A DNA stretch of 64,000 bases, from assembly GCA_016788045.1 (NCBI GenBank), contig JAEUTG010000005.1, positions 4,309-68,308 on the forward strand, given 5' to 3'. Of the stretch, positions 1 to 8,955 are shown piece after piece (the first letter of the stretch is position 1; each line of letters opens with the position of its first letter). This DNA is from Bacteroidales bacterium. Lineage in GTDB: Bacteria > Bacteroidota > Bacteroidia > Bacteroidales > Lentimicrobiaceae. Both the position numbers and the translations under genes were made by a program. The notes beneath the pieces are model-generated. The model was not told the origin of the DNA and did not search any database. It saw only the letters and a program-made list of their open reading frames with translations.

Positions 1-2
1 TT

Positions 3-1463
3 GACCCTGACAAAAATAATACAATCCTAGACCCTGCTTGTGGTACAGCAGGTTTTTTAATTTCAGCTTACAAACATATTTTACTCAAATATTCAAAAGA
101 CAACAAAGAAAATCTGAATATATTCCAGTACAACCAATTAGAAAAAAAGCCATTTAACAATCTTGGAGACCAACTTACTCCAGATGACCGTAAAAAGTTG
201 ATTCAAAATTTTACTGGTTATGATATTTCGCCAGATATGGTTCGATTAAGTTTGGTCAATTTGTATTTGCATGGTTTTAATACACCAAACATTCATGAGT
301 ACGACACTTTAAGTAGTGAGGAGAGATGGAATGAAAACACTGATGTAGTATTAGCCAATCCACCCTTTATGAGTCCGAAAGGTGGGATTCGACCCCACAA
401 GAAATTTACAATCAGTAGTAATCGCAGCGAAGTGCTTTTTGTCAATTACATTGCAGAACACCTTAATGTCAATGGTAAAGCAGGAATTATTGTTCCTGAG
501 GGAATTATATTCCAAAGTGGTACAGCCTATAAAGACTTACGGAAAATGTTGTTCAAAAATCACTTATATGCTGTTGTAAGTCTACCAGCAGGAGTTTTTA
601 ATCCTTACAGTGGTGTTAAGACTTCAATTTTACTAATGGATAAAGAATTTGCGAAACAAAGTAAAGAAATCCTATTTGTGAAAATTGTAAACGATGGTTT
701 TAGTTTGGGTGCACAACGTACTGCAGTTAAAGGTGGTCAACTAGAAAAAGCCATTAAATTAATAAAACACTTTAAGAATGGAGAAGCTGCAGAAAGCCAA
801 ATTTCACATGCCGTATTAAAAAGCCAAATTGAAAAAAATGGTGATTATAATTTAAGTGGTGAAAGGTATGTTATTAATGAATTTTTAGCAAAATCTGTTT
901 ACGAATTAGTTACAGTAGATGAAATTTGTGATTTGGTTCGAGGTAGTTCTCCTCGTCCCAAAGGAGACCCCTTATATTATGGTGGTGAAGTACCACGTTT
1001 AATGATTTCCGACATTACAAGAGATGGGATGTATACTACACCAACAACAGACTTTCTAACTGAGGAAGGCGCAAAAAAAAGCCGCCCAATGAAAAAGGGA
1101 GATGTTATAATGGCTGTTAGTGGAAATCCTGGACTTGCAACTATTTTACTTGTGGATGCTTGTATACATGATGGTTTTGTCGGTTTCAGGAATTTGGATA
1201 AAAGAATAATACCTGAATTTTTTTATTTCGTTTTAGTTCATCAAAAAGAAATAAATAGTTCACAATCAATTGGTGCTGTTTTTAAGAATTTGAATACTGA
1301 CCAAATTCGTCAGTTTAAAATACCACTTCCTCCTTTGTCTGTTCAAAAAGAGATTGTAGACGAAATAAGCACTTATCAAAAAGAAATAGAATCGTTGAAG
1401 GATGAAATTATAGAAAAAGAGAATGCAATTAATGAAACTGTTTCAAAAATTTGGGGAGTGTAA
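3..1463 (+). CDS. N6-adenine DNA methyltransferase fused to a single HsdS-type target-recognition domain (5' end lies outside the window)
   Basis: Frame 3 is open from the window edge. It carries DPACGTAGF (AdoMet motif I, nt 30-56) and NPPF (catalytic motif IV, nt 357-368). The C-terminal ~190 aa resemble one type I S-subunit TRD plus the conserved helix LPPLSVQKEIVDEI. The ORF-track start at 198 (TTG) is internal. Confidence 0.85.
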   Translation, partial: DPDKNNTILDPACGTAGFLISAYKHILLKYSKDNKENLNIFQYNQLEKKPFNNLGDQLTPDDRKKLIQNFTGYDISPDMVRLSLVNLYLHGFNTPNIHEYDTLSSEERWNENTDVVLANPPFMSPKGGIRPHKKFTISSNRSEVLFVNYIAEHLNVNGKAGIIVPEGIIFQSGTAYKDLRKMLFKNHLYAVVSLPAGVFNPYSGVKTSILLMDKEFAKQSKEILFVKIVNDGFSLGAQRTAVKGGQLEKAIKLIKHFKNGEAAESQISHAVLKSQIEKNGDYNLSGERYVINEFLAKSVYELVTVDEICDLVRGSSPRPKGDPLYYGGEVPRLMISDITRDGMYTTPTTDFLTEEGAKKSRPMKKGDVIMAVSGNPGLATILLVDACIHDGFVGFRNLDKRIIPEFFYFVLVHQKEINSSQSIGAVFKNLNTDQIRQFKIPLPPLSVQKEIVDEISTYQKEIESLKDEIIEKENAINETVSKIWGV

Positions 1464-2173
1464 TGGAGTCATTTGAACAATATCACCATTATAGTCAAAA
1501 TCTACTGATTGCACAGCATGAAGTTTCAGAGATTATCAAACATAGTTTGACACGAGGAGAAGTACGTGAAGATTTTATTATTCAATACCTAATAAAATCA
1601 ATACAAGGCTGTGCCGAATTTCTAAAAAGAGGGTTTGTCAACCTTGGAGAAGATGAACAAAGCGGTCAGGCAGATATACTTTTAGTAAAACAGTTTGCGG
1701 AATTAATTGACATTGGAAATAGGGATAATGTAATCGTAAACCCAGAAGATTGCCTCATGGTAGTTGAAGTAAAAAGTACTTTGACTGGTACGTATCTAAA
1801 TGACTTTAACAATGAAGCTAAAAAAATAAAAGAAGCTAATCCAAACGTGGTTTGTGGCATGTTTGCCTATAAAGCAGACTTGGAAAAGAAAACAATTATG
1901 AAGCGTTGCGGACATGATTTTGATTCCGAAACGAAAACTTATTTTGATTCTGGAAAAGTACCATTACCAACTTTTTACCCATACATAGACTTTATTTTGC
2001 TACTTGACAAAGTTGACGAAAATGAATTAGAAGAAGATTTAGAAATACAAGGACGAAACCAGCTATTTCTAAGAAAAAGTGTTGAGATTGAGGCAAGGTA
2101 TTTTAAAGGAACATACGACCCAGTAATAAGAAACCTTGTTGGACTTGTAAGAAGCCTTTTAATAAGAGTATAA
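1463..2173 (+). CDS. Small PD-(D/E)xK-like nuclease-fold protein, candidate endonuclease partner of the upstream methyltransferase
   Basis: The ATG at 1463 overlaps the upstream stop (TAATG at 1461-1465). The protein has GQADILLV followed by VVEVKS, which fits a D...ExK arrangement. The N-terminal TRGEVREDFIIQYL segment resembles small nucleases found next to methylases. The family assignment is from memory only. Confidence 0.6.
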   Translation: MESFEQYHHYSQNLLIAQHEVSEIIKHSLTRGEVREDFIIQYLIKSIQGCAEFLKRGFVNLGEDEQSGQADILLVKQFAELIDIGNRDNVIVNPEDCLMVVEVKSTLTGTYLNDFNNEAKKIKEANPNVVCGMFAYKADLEKKTIMKRCGHDFDSETKTYFDSGKVPLPTFYPYIDFILLLDKVDENELEEDLEIQGRNQLFLRKSVEIEARYFKGTYDPVIRNLVGLVRSLLIRV

Positions 2174-2429
2174 TTATGCCGACACTCAACAGCCACACAC
2201 ATTGCCAAGCCGCACAATCCCAAACTCAAGCCAAAGCTTGTCAAAGAGTGTGTCTGTCCCAGCCCACGGAAAGACAGAGGAAAATAAAGCACGGGCACAC
2301 AACAAAGTGTATAAATCATTGGGCGGATAGTCCTAATTTTAAGGGCGTTACACTTAATAAAATTTGTAGCGGTTTGACAGGTAAGTGCTTCGAAATGCCC
2401 AACGCTTCATACACCAACCGTTACCAGCA
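2174..2429 (+). repeat. ORF-free spacer with attC-like half-sites, ending in core site GTTACCAGCA
   Basis: GCCAAGCCGCA within 2204-2218 matches 4598-4608 exactly (11/11). AGCGGTTTG..GTGCTTCG at 2368-2392 parallels the 5' arm of the 4483-4613 element. GTTACCAGCA at 2420-2429 is the exact reverse complement of 4483-4492. Confidence 0.45.
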
Positions 2430-2471
2430 ATTTTACAACGACACATTAACTAAATAAAAACGTAAAATAAC

Positions 2472-4475
2472 ATGAATGTAGAACCAATCATTAACGCCAA
2501 GTTCAAAAGGTTTCGTGAAAAAATGGAACTAACCAATATCGCTGACGGTGTTGCATTTGAACAATTTGTAAATCACACAATTTTAACTGCACACCAACCA
2601 GATGCATTTAATGGTGACAATGAACTCTTTGAAAAAGTCAATGTGGGTGGTACAAAGGACATGGGTATTGACGGAATTGCAATAAAATTGAATGGACTTT
2701 TTATAAGAGATATTGATGAGGCAAGAGACTTGACTAAGCGACTTCCCAGAATTTCAATTGAATTCATTTTCATTCAATCAAAATATAAATCAAATTTTGA
2801 CAAAGGTGAATTCAATAATTTTTCAGATGGAGTTCGTGAATTTTTATCAGAAAAGCAAAAGCAACCTGTAAGCGAAGAAATTAAGGAACTCATAAAAATC
2901 AAAGAGTTTTTAATTAGTGAAAATGCTGTATTCAAATGGGACGATAATCCATCTGTAAGACTATACTATGTTGTAATGGGTAAATGGCACAATAGTCAAC
3001 ACCAATTAGCCCTAGCGGACACGTTTAAAGAAGACATTCTAGCTCTTAATACTTACAAAGAACCATTAATACACTTTGTTGACCATGATGGTTTTAAATC
3101 AATTCTTGATTCAAATGAAAACAACTTTGAAGTGTCAATAAATTCTATTGAAACAATGCCCTTGACATCAGTTGACTTAGTTGACAACTCTTGCGTATTA
3201 CTTTGCTACGCCAGCGAACTAAAGAAAATACTTACTACACCTGATGGTCTAATAAGGAAATCCTTGTTTGATGATAATGTGAGAGATTATCAGGGAGACA
3301 ATAGCATAAACACAGAGATAAGTAATACAATTCAGACTGAGCCACAGAAGTTTGCTCTCTTGAACAATGGTATTACAATTGTGTGTGAGAAGTATACTCC
3401 GAGCAACAGACAAATTACACTTCGAAACCCACAAATTGTAAATGGCTGCCAAACTAGTCACGTTATTTTTCATAATGCTAGTGATAACGATGTTCTATCA
3501 AGAGTTCCAATTGTTATTAAGCTAATTTCAACTAATGACTCTGAAATTACCAACCAAATTGTTAGAGGAACAAACCGGCAAAATATTGTATATGATGAAG
3601 CATTTGAGGCTACGAAAAAATTTCACAAAGACCTTGAAGACTTTATTAATGCATTATCACCGGAATATGAAAGGTTCTATTATGAAAGACGTTCAAAGCA
3701 GTATGACCATAATCCATCAATTAGTCATTTTCAAAAACTGAATTTGAGAATTATAATACAGTCTTTTATTGGCATGTTTGTGAATGAACCACACATATCA
3801 CATAGACACGAGTCAAAATTATTGGAGTTATATTCAAATTTAGTTTTTCAGGATTTTCAGTCAAAATTGCCATATTTTACTTCTGCTTTAGCATTTTATA
3901 AACTTGAGAAACTTTTTAGAGCTAACGCAATTAACAAGAAGTCATTTTATGCATTTAGAACTCACCTTCTAATGATATTTAGGGAAATTACAGGTGGAGC
4001 TAGACCAAACATTAATGTGGAGAAAATTGCAAACGAGCATAGCCAACTTGTTCTCTCTTATTTAAAGGATGAAGACAAATGCCGTCAAAAGTTCATTGAG
4101 GCTAGCGAGATATTTGAACAAGCAAGGCAACACTGGGTAATTGTTTTAAAACGTGACCAATATAGAATCAAAGACAACAAAGACTTTACTGATTTACTTC
4201 TTACAGGAATAAGAAAATCCACGACAATTACAACAGATTTGGTAGAGGACGAAAATTACAAGTATAAAGGACCCATAGTTAAAATATTTAAGGATAGATT
4301 CGGAACATATTGTGGGTTTATTGGACGTAATCCCAATGACATATTTTTTCATTCAAGTTCAGCAAAAGGTATTGACTTATTCGGTAAAGTGGGACATCTA
4401 GTTACTTACAAAGTGACAACAAATCCTAAGAATGGACAACTTATTGCCACTGATATTGACCTAGATAAAATATGA
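2472..4475 (+). CDS. AIPR-family (abortive infection phage resistance) protein with a C-terminal cold-shock/OB-like domain
   Basis: The N-terminus has MGIDGIAI...IFIQSKY (Mrr-like D...QxK). The centre has FALLNNGITIVC and QIVNGCQTSH, typical of AIPR. The last ~65 aa (GPIVKIFKDRFGTYCGFIG..DIFFHSS....GHLVTYKV) follow a CspA-like pattern. Confidence 0.8.
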   Translation: MNVEPIINAKFKRFREKMELTNIADGVAFEQFVNHTILTAHQPDAFNGDNELFEKVNVGGTKDMGIDGIAIKLNGLFIRDIDEARDLTKRLPRISIEFIFIQSKYKSNFDKGEFNNFSDGVREFLSEKQKQPVSEEIKELIKIKEFLISENAVFKWDDNPSVRLYYVVMGKWHNSQHQLALADTFKEDILALNTYKEPLIHFVDHDGFKSILDSNENNFEVSINSIETMPLTSVDLVDNSCVLLCYASELKKILTTPDGLIRKSLFDDNVRDYQGDNSINTEISNTIQTEPQKFALLNNGITIVCEKYTPSNRQITLRNPQIVNGCQTSHVIFHNASDNDVLSRVPIVIKLISTNDSEITNQIVRGTNRQNIVYDEAFEATKKFHKDLEDFINALSPEYERFYYERRSKQYDHNPSISHFQKLNLRIIIQSFIGMFVNEPHISHRHESKLLELYSNLVFQDFQSKLPYFTSALAFYKLEKLFRANAINKKSFYAFRTHLLMIFREITGGARPNINVEKIANEHSQLVLSYLKDEDKCRQKFIEASEIFEQARQHWVIVLKRDQYRIKDNKDFTDLLLTGIRKSTTITTDLVEDENYKYKGPIVKIFKDRFGTYCGFIGRNPNDIFFHSSSAKGIDLFGKVGHLVTYKVTTNPKNGQLIATDIDLDKI

Positions 4476-4482
4476 GAAATAC

Positions 4483-4613
4483 TGCTGGTAACAGCGGTTT
4501 GGCGTAATGGCGGGTGCAGTGCTTCGTATGACAGTTTTGTGCAAGGTGCAAGTGCAGTTCTTCGATTGAACCTTTGTGCTAAAAATCCGCCACTACGCCA
4601 AGCCGCAAAACGT
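4483..4613 (+). repeat. attC-like recombination-site candidate (131 bp), with its 3' core interrupted by an intron
   Basis: The arms GGTTTGGCGTAATGGCGG (4496-4513) and CCGCCACTACGCCAAGCC (4587-4604) are 16/18 complementary. The site starts with TGCTGGTAAC and ends with AAAACGT. Both arms are homologous to the 16717-16856 element. Confidence 0.6.
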
Positions 4614-5275
4614 GTATGTCTTGAATCAATAAGAACAAAACAAGTTCTTTGAGAATGTTGTATCTGAGATAGAAGATTTTATGATGTAATACAAGACTGC
4701 GGAGGTCAAGCGAAGCGATTGTCCGGGTCGGTATCACCAATCATAAAGACAGGCCTTCTGCTGACGGCTTTCAGGAGTTGTTAGCAAACCACCTTATGCT
4801 GCAAATGGCGCAAACTCCTTTTGTGGTGAACGATAAGGAAAAGGGCAGCCATGAGTTGTTCAGGTGGGGTTAAGATGAGCTGAAAAGCGTAAAATATCGA
4901 TATAAGTATCGTTAAGGCATAACTGATGTTAAAACCGGGTAATTACGTTTGTACCCTGGAAACGCCTTATAGAAAGGGCACTGCACAAGAAACCTGATTA
5001 CTGTCTTTATAGCTTCCTGAGTAAAGGTATTAGGATATTTAACTGGGCTCAGATGAGTAGTGGGTTAGTTGGGAAAAGGGACCTTTTTAGTGGGCAGCTA
5101 TAAGGTATCTACGCTTCAGGTATAAGGCATCTCCTATTCTTATCGAACACTGGCGATTGTGTATTCCATGATTTAGTAATACATTTGTAATGAAACAGGA
5201 AGAGCCGTATGAATTGAGAGGTTCACTTACGGTTCCGTGAGAACGCTGGGGTGAAACTCCCCGGCGTGATTCGAC
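4612..5275 (+). mobile_element. ORF-less group II intron (class C / attC-associated type suspected); the 5' boundary is either 4612 or 4614
   Basis: Canonical 34-nt domain V at 5202-5235 (GAGCCGTATGAATTGAGAGGTTCACTTACGGTTC: AGC triad, GAGA tetraloop, AC bulge). Domain VI-like 9-bp hairpin at 5243-5267 with unpaired A5269, 7 nt from the 3' end (...GAC). The 5' GTGTATG approximates GUGYG. No + strand ORF over 60 aa lies inside. Confidence 0.7.
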
Positions 5276-5320
5276 TAGGCACAATTATAAAAAAGCATTG
5301 CAAAAGATTAACCTAAATAT

Positions 5321-8300
5321 ATGAAAGAATTTTTGAGGAAATCTATTGAAAAGTTTATTCAGTATTTATCGCATATTCTAAATAAATTTGAATCTGATTT
5401 AGGTTCTGGAAACAATTTTAATACGCTTTCACCGACTGAGAATGCTGAGAATGTTGAAAATTATATTGATTCCTTAGATTGGGCATTAAAAAATAAAAAT
5501 AAAATAAAAAACATTGCAATTTCAGGTGCATATGGCTCTGGTAAGAGTAGTGTAATAAGAACTTTTATAAAAAGGAATAAGAATAAAGATTATAAGTTTC
5601 TTAATATTTCCCTCGCAACTTTTAAAGAACAAAAAGAGCAGTCAAATCACCAACAAAATGGTGATAATGATATTTTAAGACTTATTGAATTGAGTGTTTT
5701 ACAACAATTATTTTATCATGAAAAAGACAGAAAAATTCCTGATTCAAGGTTTAAAAAAATAAAAAGCCATAAGACACGATTCTTATTTTACTATTCTGTC
5801 GGTATTATTGCACTTTTAGTTTCTACCCTGTTTCTTATAGCCCCAGATTTCTTATCAAAATTCTACTTAATAAAAATTCCTCAAAACCTTATTCCACTAG
5901 CTCACTATACTGCCGCATCAATAACAATAATTGGTTTGTTTTTCATCATTTTCAAATCATCAAGAGCCTTAAAAAGTATAGCTATAAAAAAACTTAATAT
6001 CAGTACTGCCGAAATTGAGATTGACGGTGGAATTAGTAAATCTATTTTGAACAATCATATTGATGAGATTCTATATTTCTTTGAAGTCACAGACTATAAT
6101 GTTGTTATTATTGAAGATTTGGACAGATTTGAGCAAACTGAGGTCTTTACGAAACTACGAGAAATAAATCTTCTAATAAATAATTCAAAAAAAATCGATA
6201 CCGAAGTTGTTTTTATTTATGCAATTAAGGACGATATGTTTCTTGACAAAGACAGAACTAAGTTTTTTGATTTTATGATACCAATCATTCCGGTAATAAA
6301 TTCATCAAATTCAAATGAAAAATTATTAGAGATTGTAAAAAAGAATAGTTATAAAATTTCAACTGATTTGATAGATGATATCTCACTATTTATTGACGAC
6401 ATGAGATTACTTTATAATATTATGAATGAATATTATATCTATTCAAAGAACCTCGATTCAAAACTTGACCAAGAAAAGTTGCTGTCGATGGTTGTATACA
6501 AAAATATTTGTCCTAATGATTTTACTAAGCTAAGCGAAAATAAAGGGAATTTATTTCAAACTATTTCTAATAAATCGATTTATATTAAGGAAAGGATTTC
6601 AATAATTAATCAACAAATAGAAGAAATAAAGAAACGAATTCTTGAAGCTGAAAAATCAAAAATTTCTGATATTAAAGAATTGAGATTGATTTATATAAAC
6701 AAAATAATTGAGCAAATAATTACCAAAAAAAATTATCCTTTTAAGCAATTTTGGTTAAATAATAATGCCTACAATATAAGTTCAGTGACAGATGATGATA
6801 TTTTTTCATTATTTCTTATTGGCAACATTGAGTATTTATATGACAACTATTCTTCCCGTCAAAGTTTTATATACAAATTTGAAACAATTGAGAAACTTGT
6901 AAACCCAGACTTAACTTATAAAGAAAGGGAAGAATTAGTAGTTAATAATGCAAAAATTGACAGCTTTAAAAAACAAATATCCGAGTTAGAAAAAAGAAAG
7001 ATTGAAATTAGAAAAAGTGAGTTACGGAATTTAATATCAGATGAACTTATAATAATTAGTCAAGAATCTACTAAGCAAAGCGAGCTTATTAACATTTTGC
7101 TTAGGAACGGATATATTGATGAAAATTATTTGGATTACATTTCAATATTTTACGAGGGTAGTCTTACAAAAGCAGATTATCAATTCCTTATTAATGTGAA
7201 GATTCAAAAACCATCTGAATTCGATTATAAATTGACAAAAATTGAAAGGTTAATTGAGAAAATAAGTCTTTTTGATTTTGAGAAGGAGTATGTTTTAAAT
7301 TTCGAATTAGTTGAATCTTTGCAACAAAAACAGAATGATTTTGCGAAAAAAAATCGACTGTTCATTCAACTAAGCAATCAATCCCCAAGGTCAATAAGCT
7401 TCATTGATGGATTTATTGAAATTACTACAGACATAAAGGTTTTTATTCAGAACATTTGTGAATACTGGAATGAGATATGGACATATATTGAAACAGATTC
7501 ATTTTTTGATGATGTCAGAAAAAATAAGTACTTTATATATATAATTAAATACGCTAAAGTAGAAAATATCCAATTGATATTTAATTCACATCATGAACTT
7601 TTAAATAAAAAACCTGACTTTTTGCAAATTATTGATGACGAAAAGAAACTGAAAAGTATTATAGAAAAATTGGAGCTGAAATTTGAAAATATAAATACTG
7701 ATTCTCCCTCTTCTCTCATTGATTTTGTGTTTAAAGGAAATCATTATGTTTTAAATAGGGATATGATTGAAATGCTCCTCAAACACTATAAAAAATTTGA
7801 TGCCAGTATATTCTCCACAGCTAATTTCACGTCTATAATGACAAGTTCTCTTGCTTCCATGATTGACTATATCAGTAATAATCTTGAACAATACATAAAT
7901 TCAGTCTATTTGAAGATTGAGACAAATACAGATGAGCCGTTAGAGAACTATTTAAAATTATTGAACAATGAATCCCTCGATGAAGATTTAAAAGAAAAAT
8001 TGATTATTAAAGTAAAGACAAAAATTATCGACATCAAAACGATAAAGGATACCAATTTATGGTATATTTTATTTGAATACTCGAAGGTTTCTCCTGTGTG
8101 GGAAAATATACTTGCAAGTTTCGAAAATGAAGATAATGAATTGTCAGAAGTATTAATTGATTACTTAAATATTATTCCCAATGCTGAGGAACTTTCTTTA
8201 ATTAAAATCCCAACAAAAGTTGGTGATAAGAATGTTTTTTCAAACCTATCACGAAGTATTATTTCTGAGAATGAAATAGGTGACGAATCCTACAAATTAA

Positions 8301-8950
8301 TTACAAAACCGATTCCTTGGTGGTTTAGTGATTTAGATTTTAGTAGCATTTCCGAAAACAAGACTAAGATTCTAATAAATAATATGAAAGTAAATCCTAC
8401 AATTGAAAGTTTCAACAAAATTAAAGAGAGTCACAATGGTTTAAATATTTATTTACTTGAAAAATTCCCAAAAGAATTTATTGAAAAAATAGATGAATTA
8501 GAATTTGATGGTGATGACTTGATACTAATTTTGGAATCATCATTATTAAGTATTTCGGATAAAAAGGTTCTCTTTGAAAGATTAGATTTGGAAATTATTG
8601 ATTCTAATAGCAAAATACTATTGCTTCTTTCTCATTTTATTGGACAAAATGCTGGCTTCAATCTAAAAGACTCAACAAAACGAAAAATTCTTCTCTCAAC
8701 AGTTATACCTAGAGATAAAAGAATTGAATTATTCGTACAAAATATAGTAACTATTGATATCGATTTTATTAAATTATTTATGAATACGCTTGGTAATGAA
8801 TATTATGAAATTACGTACCAAGATAAAAAGGCAACATTAACAGACAATACTCTAAATAGAAAGTTCTTGGATAAACTGGCATCAGCTCAATATATCTCAA
8901 GCTTTTCAGAATCTAGAAAAGGACTTAGAGTTAATCATAAAAGAAAATAA
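5321..8950 (+). CDS. YobI/KAP-family P-loop NTPase, 1209 aa
   Basis: Walker A is ISGAYGSGKSS. Two hydrophobic helices (FLFYYSVGIIALLVSTLFLIAP and AASITIIGLFFIIF) are inserted before Walker B VVIIEDLDRF. The block FTKLREINLLIN...FIYAIKDDMF..RTKFFDFMIPIIPVINSSNS matches my recollection of the B. subtilis YobI family. Confidence 0.8.
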   Translation: MKEFLRKSIEKFIQYLSHILNKFESDLGSGNNFNTLSPTENAENVENYIDSLDWALKNKNKIKNIAISGAYGSGKSSVIRTFIKRNKNKDYKFLNISLATFKEQKEQSNHQQNGDNDILRLIELSVLQQLFYHEKDRKIPDSRFKKIKSHKTRFLFYYSVGIIALLVSTLFLIAPDFLSKFYLIKIPQNLIPLAHYTAASITIIGLFFIIFKSSRALKSIAIKKLNISTAEIEIDGGISKSILNNHIDEILYFFEVTDYNVVIIEDLDRFEQTEVFTKLREINLLINNSKKIDTEVVFIYAIKDDMFLDKDRTKFFDFMIPIIPVINSSNSNEKLLEIVKKNSYKISTDLIDDISLFIDDMRLLYNIMNEYYIYSKNLDSKLDQEKLLSMVVYKNICPNDFTKLSENKGNLFQTISNKSIYIKERISIINQQIEEIKKRILEAEKSKISDIKELRLIYINKIIEQIITKKNYPFKQFWLNNNAYNISSVTDDDIFSLFLIGNIEYLYDNYSSRQSFIYKFETIEKLVNPDLTYKEREELVVNNAKIDSFKKQISELEKRKIEIRKSELRNLISDELIIISQESTKQSELINILLRNGYIDENYLDYISIFYEGSLTKADYQFLINVKIQKPSEFDYKLTKIERLIEKISLFDFEKEYVLNFELVESLQQKQNDFAKKNRLFIQLSNQSPRSISFIDGFIEITTDIKVFIQNICEYWNEIWTYIETDSFFDDVRKNKYFIYIIKYAKVENIQLIFNSHHELLNKKPDFLQIIDDEKKLKSIIEKLELKFENINTDSPSSLIDFVFKGNHYVLNRDMIEMLLKHYKKFDASIFSTANFTSIMTSSLASMIDYISNNLEQYINSVYLKIETNTDEPLENYLKLLNNESLDEDLKEKLIIKVKTKIIDIKTIKDTNLWYILFEYSKVSPVWENILASFENEDNELSEVLIDYLNIIPNAEELSLIKIPTKVGDKNVFSNLSRSIISENEIGDESYKLITKPIPWWFSDLDFSSISENKTKILINNMKVNPTIESFNKIKESHNGLNIYLLEKFPKEFIEKIDELEFDGDDLILILESSLLSISDKKVLFERLDLEIIDSNSKILLLLSHFIGQNAGFNLKDSTKRKILLSTVIPRDKRIELFVQNIVTIDIDFIKLFMNTLGNEYYEITYQDKKATLTDNTLNRKFLDKLASAQYISSFSESRKGLRVNHKRK

Positions 8951-8955
8951 ATAAC

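Larger units (their letters stand above)
2420..4613 (+). mobile_element. Candidate integron-type gene cassette carrying the AIPR gene
   Basis: One ORF is bracketed by GTTACCAGCA (2420-2429) and TGCTGGTAAC (4483-4492), a 10/10 reverse complement. It is followed by an imperfect-palindrome site. Confidence 0.5.

Noticed and set aside
2176-2457. 93-aa ORF between the nuclease-like gene and the AIPR gene
   Set aside because: It lies entirely within attC-like repeat sequence and has an odd Cys/His/Gln/Thr-rich composition. It has no recognisable motif or ribosome-binding context. It is treated as a by-product of the GC-richer spacer.
5087-5284. 65-aa minus-strand ORF
   Set aside because: It is antisense to domains IV-VI of the group II intron, and its start codon is TTG. 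The structured-RNA interpretation explains the region better.
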